A stretch of 64,000 bases of DNA from an uncultured Gemmatimonadales bacterium (GTDB lineage: Bacteria > Gemmatimonadota > Gemmatimonadetes > Gemmatimonadales > GWC2-71-9), in NCBI GenBank assembly GCA_963828735.1, contig CAWHFW010000002.1, positions 960,001 through 1,024,000 on the forward strand, written 5' to 3'. Below the pieces are notes generated by a model. The model did not search any database. It saw nothing but the letters and a program-made list of their open reading frames with translations, and was not told where the DNA came from. Positions 9,328 to 18,825 of this stretch are shown here, in pieces (position 1 is the first letter of the stretch; every line of letters starts with the position of its first letter). The position numbers and the translations under genes are program-made.

Positions 9328-10464
9328 CTGGCCGGTTACGATGTGATCGTGCTAGGTCTCGGGGGGATGGGCAGCGCGACGCTGTTCCATCTCGCCCGCC
9401 GGGGCGTGCGGGTGCTCGGGCTCGAGCGCTTCGACCTCGTGCATGAGTACGGCTCCTCCCACGGGCTCACCCGCATCATCCGGCTCGCCTATTGGGAACA
9501 TCCCACGTACGTCTCGCTCTTGCGGCGCGCGTACGAGTTGTGGCGCGAGCTCGAAGGCCTCGCGGGCGAGCGTCTCCTTCACATCACCGGCAGCGTGGAT
9601 GCCGGCCCCCGGGACGGTGCGATCTTCCAGGGCGCGCTCAAATCGAGCGAATTGCACGGCCTCCCCCACGAGGTGATGGACGGTGCCGAGCTGCATCGGC
9701 GCTTTCCAGGGTACCGGCTGCCGGCGTCGATCCTGGGCCTGTACCAGCCCGAAGGCGGCTTCCTCCTGCCCGAGCGATGCGACGTCGCGCACATCGATCA
9801 GGCCTTGGCACACGGCGCCGAGGTTCATTGCCGCGAGCCGGTCCTGGATTGGGGCGCGGAGAGCGGACGCGTGTGGGTGCGCACGACCCGCGGGCGCTAC
9901 GAGGCCGGCCGCCTCGTTGTGTGTGCCGGCCCCTGGGCATCGAAGCTCGTCCCCGAGCTGCGCGGCCTCGCCGTCCCGGAACGCCAGGTGCTGGCATGGC
10001 TCAACCCGGCCCGGCCCGAGTATTTCCTGCCGAGCGCGTTCCCGGTTTTCAATCTGGAAGTCGAGGAGGGCCGCTACTACGGCTTCCCGAGCTTCCTGAT
10101 TCCCGGCTTCAAGTTCGGGAAATACCACCACCGGCAGGAACAGGTGGACGCCGACGAGGTGAACCGCGAGCCCGAGGCGGAGGACGAGGAGCTGCTCCGC
10201 GCCTTCGCGAGGCGCTACTTCCCCGACGGGGACGGACCCACCCTCATGCTGAAGGCGTGTCTCTTCACCAACAGCCCCGACCGGCACTTCATCCTGGACC
10301 GCCATCCGGCGCACCCGGAGGTCGCCGTCGCCGCAGGATTCTCCGGCCACGGCTACAAGTTCTGCAGCGTGATCGGCGAGGTGATGGCCGACCTGGTCCA
10401 CGCGGACCGGCCTCGCCACGACATCGAATTCTTCCGACTCGACCGATTCGCCCCCACCGCCTGA
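9328..10464 (+). CDS. solA: N-methyl-L-tryptophan oxidase / monomeric sarcosine oxidase
   Basis: YDVIVLGLGGMGS FAD motif, GSSHGLTRIIR, flavinylation Cys in ACLFT, and GFSGHGYKF. Start is CTG 9328 (after AGGAGG) or GTG 9343. Confidence 0.88.
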   Translation: MAGYDVIVLGLGGMGSATLFHLARRGVRVLGLERFDLVHEYGSSHGLTRIIRLAYWEHPTYVSLLRRAYELWRELEGLAGERLLHITGSVDAGPRDGAIFQGALKSSELHGLPHEVMDGAELHRRFPGYRLPASILGLYQPEGGFLLPERCDVAHIDQALAHGAEVHCREPVLDWGAESGRVWVRTTRGRYEAGRLVVCAGPWASKLVPELRGLAVPERQVLAWLNPARPEYFLPSAFPVFNLEVEEGRYYGFPSFLIPGFKFGKYHHRQEQVDADEVNREPEAEDEELLRAFARRYFPDGDGPTLMLKACLFTNSPDRHFILDRHPAHPEVAVAAGFSGHGYKFCSVIGEVMADLVHADRPRHDIEFFRLDRFAPTA

Positions 10465-10524
10465 GGCCGGGAGCGCGCTCCGGTCTCCGGATGCTCACCC
10501 GCCAATGGAGCCGCGAAGGCCAGC

Positions 10525-11946
10525 TCAGCACTCCGGCAGGTTGACCGCGATCTGGAGCGCCAGGCCACCCTCCGCCGTCTCCTTGTACTTGGCGTTCATG
10601 TCCTGGGCCGTCTGCCACATCGTCGCGATGGCGGTATCGAGCGGGATCTTGGCGTCGGCGGGGTCGCTGGCCAGCGCCAGGGTGGAGGCCGTGATCGCCT
10701 TGACCGCCCCCATCGTATTGCGCTCGATGCAGGGGATCTGAACCAGCCCGGCCACCGGATCGCAGGTGAGGCCGAGGTGGTGCTCCAGGGCAATTTCCGC
10801 GGCCATGGCCACCTGCGCGGGGGTGCCGCCCAGGCACTGGGCGAGTCCCGCCGCCGCCATCGCGCTCGACACGCCGATCTCCGCCTGACATCCGCCCATC
10901 GCCGCCGAGATCGTCGCCATCTTCTTGATGATGCTGCCCATCTCGCCGGCGGTGAGGAGGAAACGCTCGATACCTCTCGCGTCGCCCTGGCAGAAGCAGA
11001 GGTAGTACAACAGCACCGCGGGGACCACGCCGGCCGCTCCGTTGGTCGGCGCCGTCACCACCCGGCCGAAGCCCGCGTTCTCCTCGTTCACCGCCAACGC
11101 GAAGCAGCTCACCCAGGTGAGCATCTCCTGGAACGCCGGGCAACGGTTCCGGATCGCCTCGATCCAGGACTCGACGTCCGGCGAGGTCTCGGAGCCGAGC
11201 ATCCCGGTGCTCAGTCCGGCGGCGCGCCGGACCACGCCGAGCCCTCCGGGGAGGAGCCCTCGCGTGTGGCATCCGCGGAAGATGCAGTCCTTCATCGCCG
11301 TCCAGATTGAATCCAGGCCCCGATGGATCTCCTCCGGCGTGCGCCAGACGAGCTCATTTCGCCAGACGATGTCCGGCACCGTCATGCCGTGAGCGGTGCA
11401 GTAATCGAGGAGGTCGTTGGCCGTATCGATCGGGAATGGGAGCGTCACCGATGGCCCGCCGTGATCGGGCTCGCCTTCCTGAACCGTGAAGCCGCCCCCG
11501 ACGGAGTAGTACGTCTCCGCGCGGCTCGAACCGTCCGCGAGGATGGCGGTGAACGTCATGCCGTTGGGATGCTGGGGGAGACTGGTCAGGGAGTTGAAAC
11601 GGCATTCGGCGGCGGGATCGAAGCGAACGGGGCGTTGCCCGCCGAGGGCGATGGTCCGCGATCGGCGGATCGCTTCGATCTTCGAGGGGATGGCTGCGGT
11701 ATCGCAGGTCACCGGGTCTTCGTTGGCGAGTCCCATCATGACCGCCATGTCGGCCATGTGCCCTCTGCCAGTCTTGGCGAGGGAGCCGTAGAGGTCCACC
11801 TGGACCCCTACGATGGAGTCGAAGACCCCGAGCTCCCGCCACCGCCGCACGGCGCGCTGGGCCGCCCGCCACGGGCCCAGGGTATGGGAGCTCGAGGGAC
11901 CCACCCCGATCTTGAAGATGTCGAAGACACTGATGGCGGCCATCAA
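10525..11946 (-). CDS. sdaA: L-serine ammonia-lyase, Fe-S dependent, single chain
   Basis: IGVGPSSSHT, VTAPTNGAAG, GCQAEIG, GLTCDP and IPCIERN motifs. Confidence 0.95.
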   Translation of the reverse strand: MMAAISVFDIFKIGVGPSSSHTLGPWRAAQRAVRRWRELGVFDSIVGVQVDLYGSLAKTGRGHMADMAVMMGLANEDPVTCDTAAIPSKIEAIRRSRTIALGGQRPVRFDPAAECRFNSLTSLPQHPNGMTFTAILADGSSRAETYYSVGGGFTVQEGEPDHGGPSVTLPFPIDTANDLLDYCTAHGMTVPDIVWRNELVWRTPEEIHRGLDSIWTAMKDCIFRGCHTRGLLPGGLGVVRRAAGLSTGMLGSETSPDVESWIEAIRNRCPAFQEMLTWVSCFALAVNEENAGFGRVVTAPTNGAAGVVPAVLLYYLCFCQGDARGIERFLLTAGEMGSIIKKMATISAAMGGCQAEIGVSSAMAAAGLAQCLGGTPAQVAMAAEIALEHHLGLTCDPVAGLVQIPCIERNTMGAVKAITASTLALASDPADAKIPLDTAIATMWQTAQDMNAKYKETAEGGLALQIAVNLPEC

Positions 11947-11954
11947 CGGGAGCG

Positions 11955-12470
11955 CTAGAACGACAGCTTCACGCCTTTCCCCTGCGCCTCACCTCCGCCC
12001 TCGGCCGGCTTGCCCGCGGCATCGAACTGATCGTACTTGATCTTCGAGACGAACGACTTGCCGTCGTCGGCGATGGTGATCCGCTCCACGAATACGCCCC
12101 GGCCTGCCGGGCCCCAGCCGCCACCCTTCACGATCTCGTCGAAGGCCGCCGGAGCCTTGGTCACATAGAACTCGTACTTGGCCTCGAACGCCCTGTCGCC
12201 GACCTTCCGCCAAATCCCGTAGGCTGGCGGCACGGGCGGGGACGCGTCGTAGTTCGATGACTCCGTCATCGTCCCGCCCTGGTTGAACGCGTACATGAAC
12301 TCGAGGTCCTTGATCGTGGCGAAGGCGCCGCTGCTGAATTGGAGCTGGGCGCGCCACTCGCCGGCCAGGTCAAGCGCGGCCGGGTTACTCGCGGAGGGCG
12401 CCGGTCGCAGCCAGGCGGCGACGCCGACGAGGGCAAGCACTAACAGCGACAGTCGAGATATGGTGCGCAT
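11955..12470 (-). CDS. Hypothetical secreted beta-rich protein
   Basis: Signal peptide MRTISRLSLLVLALVGVAA. GGGAG RBS. Lipocalin-like LAGEW start. Confidence 0.7.
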   Translation of the reverse strand: MRTISRLSLLVLALVGVAAWLRPAPSASNPAALDLAGEWRAQLQFSSGAFATIKDLEFMYAFNQGGTMTESSNYDASPPVPPAYGIWRKVGDRAFEAKYEFYVTKAPAAFDEIVKGGGWGPAGRGVFVERITIADDGKSFVSKIKYDQFDAAGKPAEGGGEAQGKGVKLSF

Positions 12471-12551
12471 CGGATTCGTCTCCCGGTGTAACCGAATCGT
12501 GGTGTTTTCTCCATGGTCGTTAGCTAGCGACATGATACGCGCGGCCGGTGC

Positions 12552-13335
12552 CTACTTCAGCGTCAGGATCCACCGGACGATGGCATGGACGTCCGCGTCA
12601 GGCACCTGCGGGTTTGGAATCATCGGAACCTGGCCCCAGACCCCCGATCCGCCGTTCTTCACCTTGTCGATGAGCTTGGACTCCACATCCTTGCCCCGAT
12701 ACTTGGCGGCGACGTCCTTGAAGGCCGGACCGATCACCTTGTGATCGACCGCGTGGCACGCCGTGCAACCGTACTTCGCTGGCATCTGCTCGGGGGATAC
12801 CGCCGCCTCGGCTTCCGGTGCCGCGGGAGCGGCCGCGGCCGGTGCGGCGGCCGCCGGCGGCGTGGGCGCCGCGTTGCCTCCGGGCAGCCACGACGTGGTC
12901 GGGACGAAGGCCGGCACCGCTTGCGCCTTGATGTAGGCCACCAGCATCCACACGCCGTCGGTGCCCACGACTCCGCCGTACGCGGGCATTCCCTTCGGCC
13001 GCCCGTAGAAGATCGACGTGAATATTTCGTCGTCCGACTCCGCCGTAGCGCCAGCGGCCGTCGACCAGGCTCGGGCCGACCCATCCGACGGCGCCGCCGC
13101 CGTGGCAGCCGTCGCAGTTCATCGAGCTGAACAGAGTAGCTCCGGCGTCCGGGTTGAGCTTGGCTGGCCGCGGAGCATTGAGGGCGTTGGCGACCGGGAA
13201 CGCGCCGCCAGCCGGGATGCGGTCCTCCCTTTTGACCTCGGATCCGGTGGCCGGAGCCTTGGACTCGCCGCCCGATTTGCAAGCCGCCGCGGCAACGACC
13301 GCGAGCAGCGTGATGACGTGTCTGGTGGTTGGCAT
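12552..13335 (-). pseudogene. Two-haem c-type cytochrome lipoprotein (XoxG/cL-like plus c551-like), frameshifted (possibly an assembly error)
   Basis: CDGCH...WRYGG lies in one frame. SDDEIFTSIFYGRPKGMPAY...CTACH...GVWGQVPM lies in another. One extra base at ~13039 separates them. Confidence 0.8.
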
Positions 13336-13352
13336 GGTGTTCTTCCTCTCCG

Positions 13353-15155
13353 TTAGAGCCCGAAGATCCAGACGATGCCACCCTGGCTGGTATGCCGCCC
13401 GATGTCCTTGTACGGATCGGATGGCGGGCGCACGTCCGCGGGATCATCGGAGCGGACGTCCCCCGCCAACAGGAACCAGTCGCCGCCGATGCCGGCATAC
13501 ACCGCCACGTACTGCTTCCCGTCGGGACCCCGGAAGCTCATCGGGTTGCCCACGACTCCAGAGCCGACCTTGAACTTGGAGAGGAGCTTGCCGGTCTTCG
13601 CGTCCACGGCCTTGAACCACCCGTCCAGCGTGCCGTAGAACGCCACGTCACCGGCGGTGACCAGGGCCCCGCTCCAGTTGGGGAAGTGCTCCTTGTCCTC
13701 CCATACCTTCTTCCCGGTGCTCGCGTCCCATGCCATGAATGCGCCGAGGTTGCCCCCGGGGCCCGCGAAGTAGGGGGTGCCCGCGCCGATGTAGGGAGTC
13801 CCGCGGAAGTGCTGAGCCGGCACGGCCGCGTAGTCCATGCACATGTTGTTCGTCGACGTGTAGAACAGTCCCGTTCGCGGCGAGTACGCCGCCGGCGACG
13901 ACGGGCTCACTCCCCCTTCGAGACTGGGGCAGACGCCCTTCACGTTGCCCTTGGATGCGCCGGTCTGCTTGGTGGAATCCAGCACCGGGCGGCCGGTCTT
14001 GAGATCGATGCTCTTGGCCCAGGTCACCTGGACGTAGGAGGGTGCCGCGAGCACCTCACCGGTGGCACGGTCGAGCGTGTACTGGAAGCCGTTCTTGTTG
14101 AACGTCACCAGGGCCTTCCGCACCTTTCCGCCGATCTTGATGTCGGCCAGGATCATGGTGGAGACGGCGTCGTAGTCCCAGTTGTCGTGCGGGGTGAACT
14201 GATACGCCCAGACCAGCGAGCCGTCGGAGGGATGGCGCGCGAGGACGCTCGCGGTCCATTTGTTGTCGCCGACACGCTGCTCGGCGTTGTAGGGCGATGG
14301 ATTGCCCACGCCGTAGTACACCAGGTCCAGCTCCGGATCGTAGGACATCCACCCCCACACCGGAGCGCCTCCGATCTTGTACGCGGTATCCGGCCAGGTC
14401 GTCTTCCCCAGGTCGGTGCCCTTGTCGTAGAACGGCTTGAAGCTGCCGGGCTTGATCAGCATGTCGGCATCGGGACCGATGTTGCGCCCTGTCCAGACGA
14501 TCTTGCCGGTCTTGAGATCGAGCCCCTTCGTAAAGCCGTAGATGCCGAACTCGCCGCCGGAGGCGCCGACGATGACGCGATCCTTGACGACGAAGGGCGC
14601 CATCGGCGTCGTCTCGCCCTCGCCGAGATCGGCGATCTGTGTCTTCCACAGCTCCTTGCCCGACTCGGCGTCCACGGCGACCGTATGCCCGTCGAGCAGG
14701 TTGTAGATGATCTTTCCGTCGGCGTAGAATGCGCCCCGGTTGATCACGTCGCAGCAGGACTCGCCGATCGCATTGGGGCTCACGTCCGGACGGTACTTCC
14801 ACTTGAGCGGATAGCCATCCTGGGTGAGGTCGAAGGCGTAGAGCACGTTCGGCCAGGGGGTGACCACGTACATGGTGTTCTTCACGACCAGCGGCTGGCC
14901 CTGGTGGCCCGCCAGGACCCCCGTGGAGAAGGTCCAGACCGGACGCAGCCGCGTCGCATTAGCCGCGGTGATCTGGGCCAGCGGGCTGTAGCGGGTCGAA
15001 GCGAGGTCCCTGGCGGGCATCGTCCACTCGCCGTCGGCCGCGCTCTGCGCCGAAGCCTGGCCGCCCAGCAGCCCTGAGAAACACCCCAGCGCGGCGAGCA
15101 TGCCCGCCACCCTGAGTCCTCGAGACCGGTGGTTGTTCGTAGCGAGGATCTGCAT
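13353..15155 (-). CDS. xoxF: PQQ-dependent methanol/ethanol-family dehydrogenase, lanthanide-type (XoxF-like)
   Basis: Vicinal CC (CCDVINRG), GGEFG, GNPSP and PHDNWDYD with the extra Ln-binding Asp. Signal peptide and GGAGG RBS. Confidence 0.8.
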   Translation of the reverse strand: MQILATNNHRSRGLRVAGMLAALGCFSGLLGGQASAQSAADGEWTMPARDLASTRYSPLAQITAANATRLRPVWTFSTGVLAGHQGQPLVVKNTMYVVTPWPNVLYAFDLTQDGYPLKWKYRPDVSPNAIGESCCDVINRGAFYADGKIIYNLLDGHTVAVDAESGKELWKTQIADLGEGETTPMAPFVVKDRVIVGASGGEFGIYGFTKGLDLKTGKIVWTGRNIGPDADMLIKPGSFKPFYDKGTDLGKTTWPDTAYKIGGAPVWGWMSYDPELDLVYYGVGNPSPYNAEQRVGDNKWTASVLARHPSDGSLVWAYQFTPHDNWDYDAVSTMILADIKIGGKVRKALVTFNKNGFQYTLDRATGEVLAAPSYVQVTWAKSIDLKTGRPVLDSTKQTGASKGNVKGVCPSLEGGVSPSSPAAYSPRTGLFYTSTNNMCMDYAAVPAQHFRGTPYIGAGTPYFAGPGGNLGAFMAWDASTGKKVWEDKEHFPNWSGALVTAGDVAFYGTLDGWFKAVDAKTGKLLSKFKVGSGVVGNPMSFRGPDGKQYVAVYAGIGGDWFLLAGDVRSDDPADVRPPSDPYKDIGRHTSQGGIVWIFGL

Positions 15156-15382
15156 TCGGCCTCCTTCCGGCCTGACATCCGGCGTGAGACAACGGTGATA
15201 CGTGCAGCGGTTGGGTCCCGGGGCCCGGGCACGTGCGACCGCGCGCTGCCGCCAGGGCCCGAAGGCCACGCGCGCGCGCACGCGACTCCCTGGCGAATGT
15301 GTCGACGGTGACCCGGGTGGACTACTAGACCTAGTGTGGTAGGCGCCGGGAGGCGGCGGGACCGTCGAATCCCACCAGAGGC

Positions 15383-15396
15383 TGGACCAAGGTCCA
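15383..15396. promoter_or_regulatory. Palindromic operator candidate TGGACC-AA-GGTCCA
   Basis: Perfect inverted repeat in the divergent xoxF/membrane-gene spacer. Near-copies at 9303-9316 and 8990-9003. Confidence 0.4.
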
Positions 15397-15516
15397 TCTT
15401 GGATCGAGTGTCGCCGCGGCGTATCTCCTCTCCCCACAGCCAGTTCACCGTCGCGTCCAGGAAGGCTCCCGAGACAGCATCATCGTTGCCTCGGGCTCAA
15501 TCGCCGGGAGGTCCAT

Positions 15517-16704
15517 ACGGGCTCGCCCACGAACGACCCGGTTGATTTCTCGCTGGTGCTCGGCGGGCCCTTGTACCAGGTCCTGCGGCGGACTCATCTG
15601 GCTGGAGATGGGCTGCAGCTGCTGCGCCGCCGCATCCTCGTGCTGACGGGTTTCGCATGGGTGCCGCTGCTCGTCCTGTCGGTGGTGGAAGGTCATGCCT
15701 GGGGACCGAGCGTGGCACTCCCGTTCCTCTACGACGTCGACACCCACGTCCGCTTTCTGGTGGCGATGCCGCTGCTGATCCTGGCGGAGATGGTCGTGCA
15801 CCAGCGCATACGGCCCACGGCGCTTCAATTCCTCGATCGCCACCTGATCCCCGATTCGGCGCGCGCGGCCTTCGACGAAGCCATCGCCTCGGCGATGCGA
15901 TGGCGTAATTCGGTCGCGGCGGAGATCGCCCTCGTGGCGGTGGTCTACATCGTCGGTGTGGGATTCCTCTGGCGGACGCAGATTGCCCTCATCGCGACCA
16001 GCTGGCACGGCGTGCCGGTCCATGGGGCATGGCATCCGTCGATCGCCGGGTGGTGGCTCGGCCTGGTGAGCCTTCCGCTGTTCCAGTTCCTGCTGCTCCG
16101 GTGGTATTTCCGGCTGATCATCTGGACGCGGTTTCTGTGGCACGTGTCGCGCATCCAGCTGAGCCTCATGCCGACCCATCCGGACCGCTGCGGCGGCCTG
16201 GGCTTCCTCGCCTCGGTCGGCTACACCTTCGCGCCGCTGCTCGTGGCCCAAGGGGCCTTGCTGGCCGGGCTGATGGCCAACCGGATCTTCTACGCCGGCG
16301 CCAGGCTGCCCGAATTCAAGGTGGAGCTGATCGGAATCGTGGCCGTGATGGTCTTCGCCCTCCTCGGGCCGCTGCTCGTCTTCAGTCCACAGCTCGAAGC
16401 CGCCAAGCGCGTCGGCCTGCGCGAGTACGGCGTGCTGGCGCAGCGCTACGTCCGCGAGTACGACCGCAAATGGCTTCGGGGGGGTGCGCCGCCGGACGAG
16501 CCGTTCCTCGGCAGTGGCGACATCCAGTCATTGGCAGACCTGGCGAACAGCTTCGAGGTGGTGAAGGACATGCGGTGGGCGCCGTTCGGCTTGACCACCG
16601 TGCTGCAGCTGGCCGTGTTGACCTTGATGCCGGTGCTGCCTCTGACGCTGACGATGGTATCGCTGGAGGAATTGCTCGACCGCCTGCTCAAGATCGTGTT
16701 CTGA
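15517..16704 (+). CDS. Conserved-looking hypothetical multi-pass membrane protein
   Basis: Several TM segments, with PTHPDRCGGLGFL and DIQSLADL motifs. First canonical start is GTG 15556, but GGAGGT precedes an in-frame ACG at 15517. Confidence 0.75.
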   Translation, partial: TGSPTNDPVDFSLVLGGPLYQVLRRTHLAGDGLQLLRRRILVLTGFAWVPLLVLSVVEGHAWGPSVALPFLYDVDTHVRFLVAMPLLILAEMVVHQRIRPTALQFLDRHLIPDSARAAFDEAIASAMRWRNSVAAEIALVAVVYIVGVGFLWRTQIALIATSWHGVPVHGAWHPSIAGWWLGLVSLPLFQFLLLRWYFRLIIWTRFLWHVSRIQLSLMPTHPDRCGGLGFLASVGYTFAPLLVAQGALLAGLMANRIFYAGARLPEFKVELIGIVAVMVFALLGPLLVFSPQLEAAKRVGLREYGVLAQRYVREYDRKWLRGGAPPDEPFLGSGDIQSLADLANSFEVVKDMRWAPFGLTTVLQLAVLTLMPVLPLTLTMVSLEELLDRLLKIVF

Positions 16705-16886
16705 CGCCCGCCCTGTCCGGCGTCGGGGTCCATCCCCCCCAAAAGAAATGGTCCAGGCCAGCGATGGTCCGACCCGGCGCCGACCCCGCGCCGGATAGTC
16801 CATGGTTGCTGCCGCTCCCATATTCTCGCCCGTTGACATGACGCTCGTGACGGCAGCACCATGAAACACTCCAGCAAGGACGGCGT

Positions 16887-18815
16887 ATGTGCGGCATCGT
16901 AGCGATCTATCACCCCCACGGATGCGTCTCCGCCGAGGCGCTGGTCCGCGGGACCGCGCAACTCCACCATCGCGGACCCGATGGCCGGCGGCATTGGATC
17001 GCGCCGCACGGACGGGTGGGGTTGGGCCATGCCCGCCTCAGCATCATCGACCTGGTGACGGGCGATCAGCCCATCGCGAACGAGGACGGGCGGCGGCAGA
17101 TCGTTGTGAACGGTGAGTTCTACGACTTCGAGCGGATTCAGCGCGAGCTGGAACGCGCGGGACACCGGCTTCGGACCCGCTCGGACAGCGAGATCGCGCT
17201 CCACCTGTACGAGGACGTCGGTCCACACTGCCTTCACCAGCTCCGCGGCGAATACGCGTTCGTCCTGTGGGATGAGGCGCAGCAGCGGATCTTCGCGGCA
17301 CGCGACCGATTCGGGATCAAGCCGCTGTTCTTCGCGTGGCACGACGGCGCGCTCTACCTCGCGTCCGAGGTGAAGGCCCTGTTCGCGGCCGGCGTCCCGG
17401 CCAGATGGAATCGCGAGGGGTTATTCAATGCCACGGTCCTGGGTGGCCAGCCGACCGAGACGCTGTACGCCGGCGTATCGCAGCTGCCGCCGGGCCACTA
17501 CATGCTCGCCGGCCCGAATGGCATGCAGATTCACCGCTACTGGGACTTCGACTACCCGCTGGCGGCGGGTCCGGCCGTGTCGCGCTCGGACGACGAGTGG
17601 GCCGAGGAGTTTCGAGCGGCGCTCGAGAACGCGGTCCGGCTTCGGCTGCGCGCGGACGTGCCGGTGGGGTGCTATCTGAGCGGAGGGCTCGACTCCTGCG
17701 CCGTCCTCGGCTTCGCCGCTCGCCACGCGGCCGAGCCGATTCGTGCCTTCACGCTCGCGTTCGACCAGGTTGCCTATGACGAGGAGGCGATCGCGCGGGA
17801 AATGGCCGCCAGGGCCAACGCCGAGTTCTGTCCCATTCCCATACGGCAGGCCGACCTGGCGGACGACTTCGCCGACTCCACCTGGCACGCGGAGACGTTC
17901 TGCCTCAACGCCCACGGCGTCGCGAAGTACGCGCTGAGCCGAGCCGTACGGGACGCGGGCTACAAGGTGGTGCTCACCGGCGAAGGCTCCGACGAGATTC
18001 TGGCCGGCTACCCCCATTTCCGCCTGGACATGCTGCTGTACGACAGCGAAGGCCAGGAGCCGGCGGTCACCCGCTCGCTGATGGACCAGCTGGAGCAGAG
18101 CAATACCGTGTCACGTGGGCTGCTGCTCCCCGATGGCGAGGCTGCCTCGCTCGCCGGACTCCGGCGCGTCCTGGGATTCGTGCCGACCTGGATGGAGGCG
18201 GCCGCCGGCCGCATGCTCAAGATGCAGGGCCTGTGGGCGGACGACTTCCAGGCCGAGTTCGCGGAGCACGAGCCTTACCACGTGCTCCTTGGAAGCCTCG
18301 ATGTGCGCGCGCAACTGCACGGACGCGCGCCGGTGAACCAGGCGCTGTACCTGTGGGCCAAGACCGTCCTTCCGGGCTACATCCTGACCGTGCTTGGCGA
18401 TCGAATGGAGATGGCCCATTCGGTGGAGGGGCGGGTGCCGTTTCTGGACCACGAGGTGGTGGAGCTCCTTCGCTCCATGCCCGTGGGCCAGAAGATCCGT
18501 GGCATGACCGAGAAGTTCGTCCTGCGAGAGGCGGCCCGCCCGGTGCTGACAGACACGGTCTATCGCCGGCAGAAGCACCCGTTCCTGAGCCCGCCGGCGA
18601 CGCTCAACCCCAACGATCGTCTGCACGAGATGGTGCAGGACGCGCTCCGCGGCTCGAGCGTGCGACGGGTCCCGTTCCTCGATCAGACCAAGGTCGTCCG
18701 GATGCTCGACCGAGTCCCCGCGCTGCAGCCAGGGGAGCAGGTGGCCATCGACCAGATCCTGATGATACTGCTCAGCGCCTGCGTGCTGGGGGAGCGGTTC
18801 GCGCTGGCGGCGTGA
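16887..18815 (+). CDS. asnB: Asparagine synthase (glutamine-hydrolysing) family amidotransferase
   Basis: N-terminal MCGI, RDRFGIKPL, LSGGLDS, GEGSDE and RVPFLD motifs. Confidence 0.93.
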   Translation: MCGIVAIYHPHGCVSAEALVRGTAQLHHRGPDGRRHWIAPHGRVGLGHARLSIIDLVTGDQPIANEDGRRQIVVNGEFYDFERIQRELERAGHRLRTRSDSEIALHLYEDVGPHCLHQLRGEYAFVLWDEAQQRIFAARDRFGIKPLFFAWHDGALYLASEVKALFAAGVPARWNREGLFNATVLGGQPTETLYAGVSQLPPGHYMLAGPNGMQIHRYWDFDYPLAAGPAVSRSDDEWAEEFRAALENAVRLRLRADVPVGCYLSGGLDSCAVLGFAARHAAEPIRAFTLAFDQVAYDEEAIAREMAARANAEFCPIPIRQADLADDFADSTWHAETFCLNAHGVAKYALSRAVRDAGYKVVLTGEGSDEILAGYPHFRLDMLLYDSEGQEPAVTRSLMDQLEQSNTVSRGLLLPDGEAASLAGLRRVLGFVPTWMEAAAGRMLKMQGLWADDFQAEFAEHEPYHVLLGSLDVRAQLHGRAPVNQALYLWAKTVLPGYILTVLGDRMEMAHSVEGRVPFLDHEVVELLRSMPVGQKIRGMTEKFVLREAARPVLTDTVYRRQKHPFLSPPATLNPNDRLHEMVQDALRGSSVRRVPFLDQTKVVRMLDRVPALQPGEQVAIDQILMILLSACVLGERFALAA

Positions 18816-18825
18816 ACGCCGGTTG

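Noticed and set aside
8996..9346. 116-aa plus-strand ORF upstream of solA
   Set aside because: No RBS or motif, and it overlaps probable regulatory palindromes.
16704..18815. asnB as a lasso-peptide cyclase
   Set aside because: The N-terminal Cys glutaminase domain is intact, and no precursor, B protease or RRE gene is adjacent.
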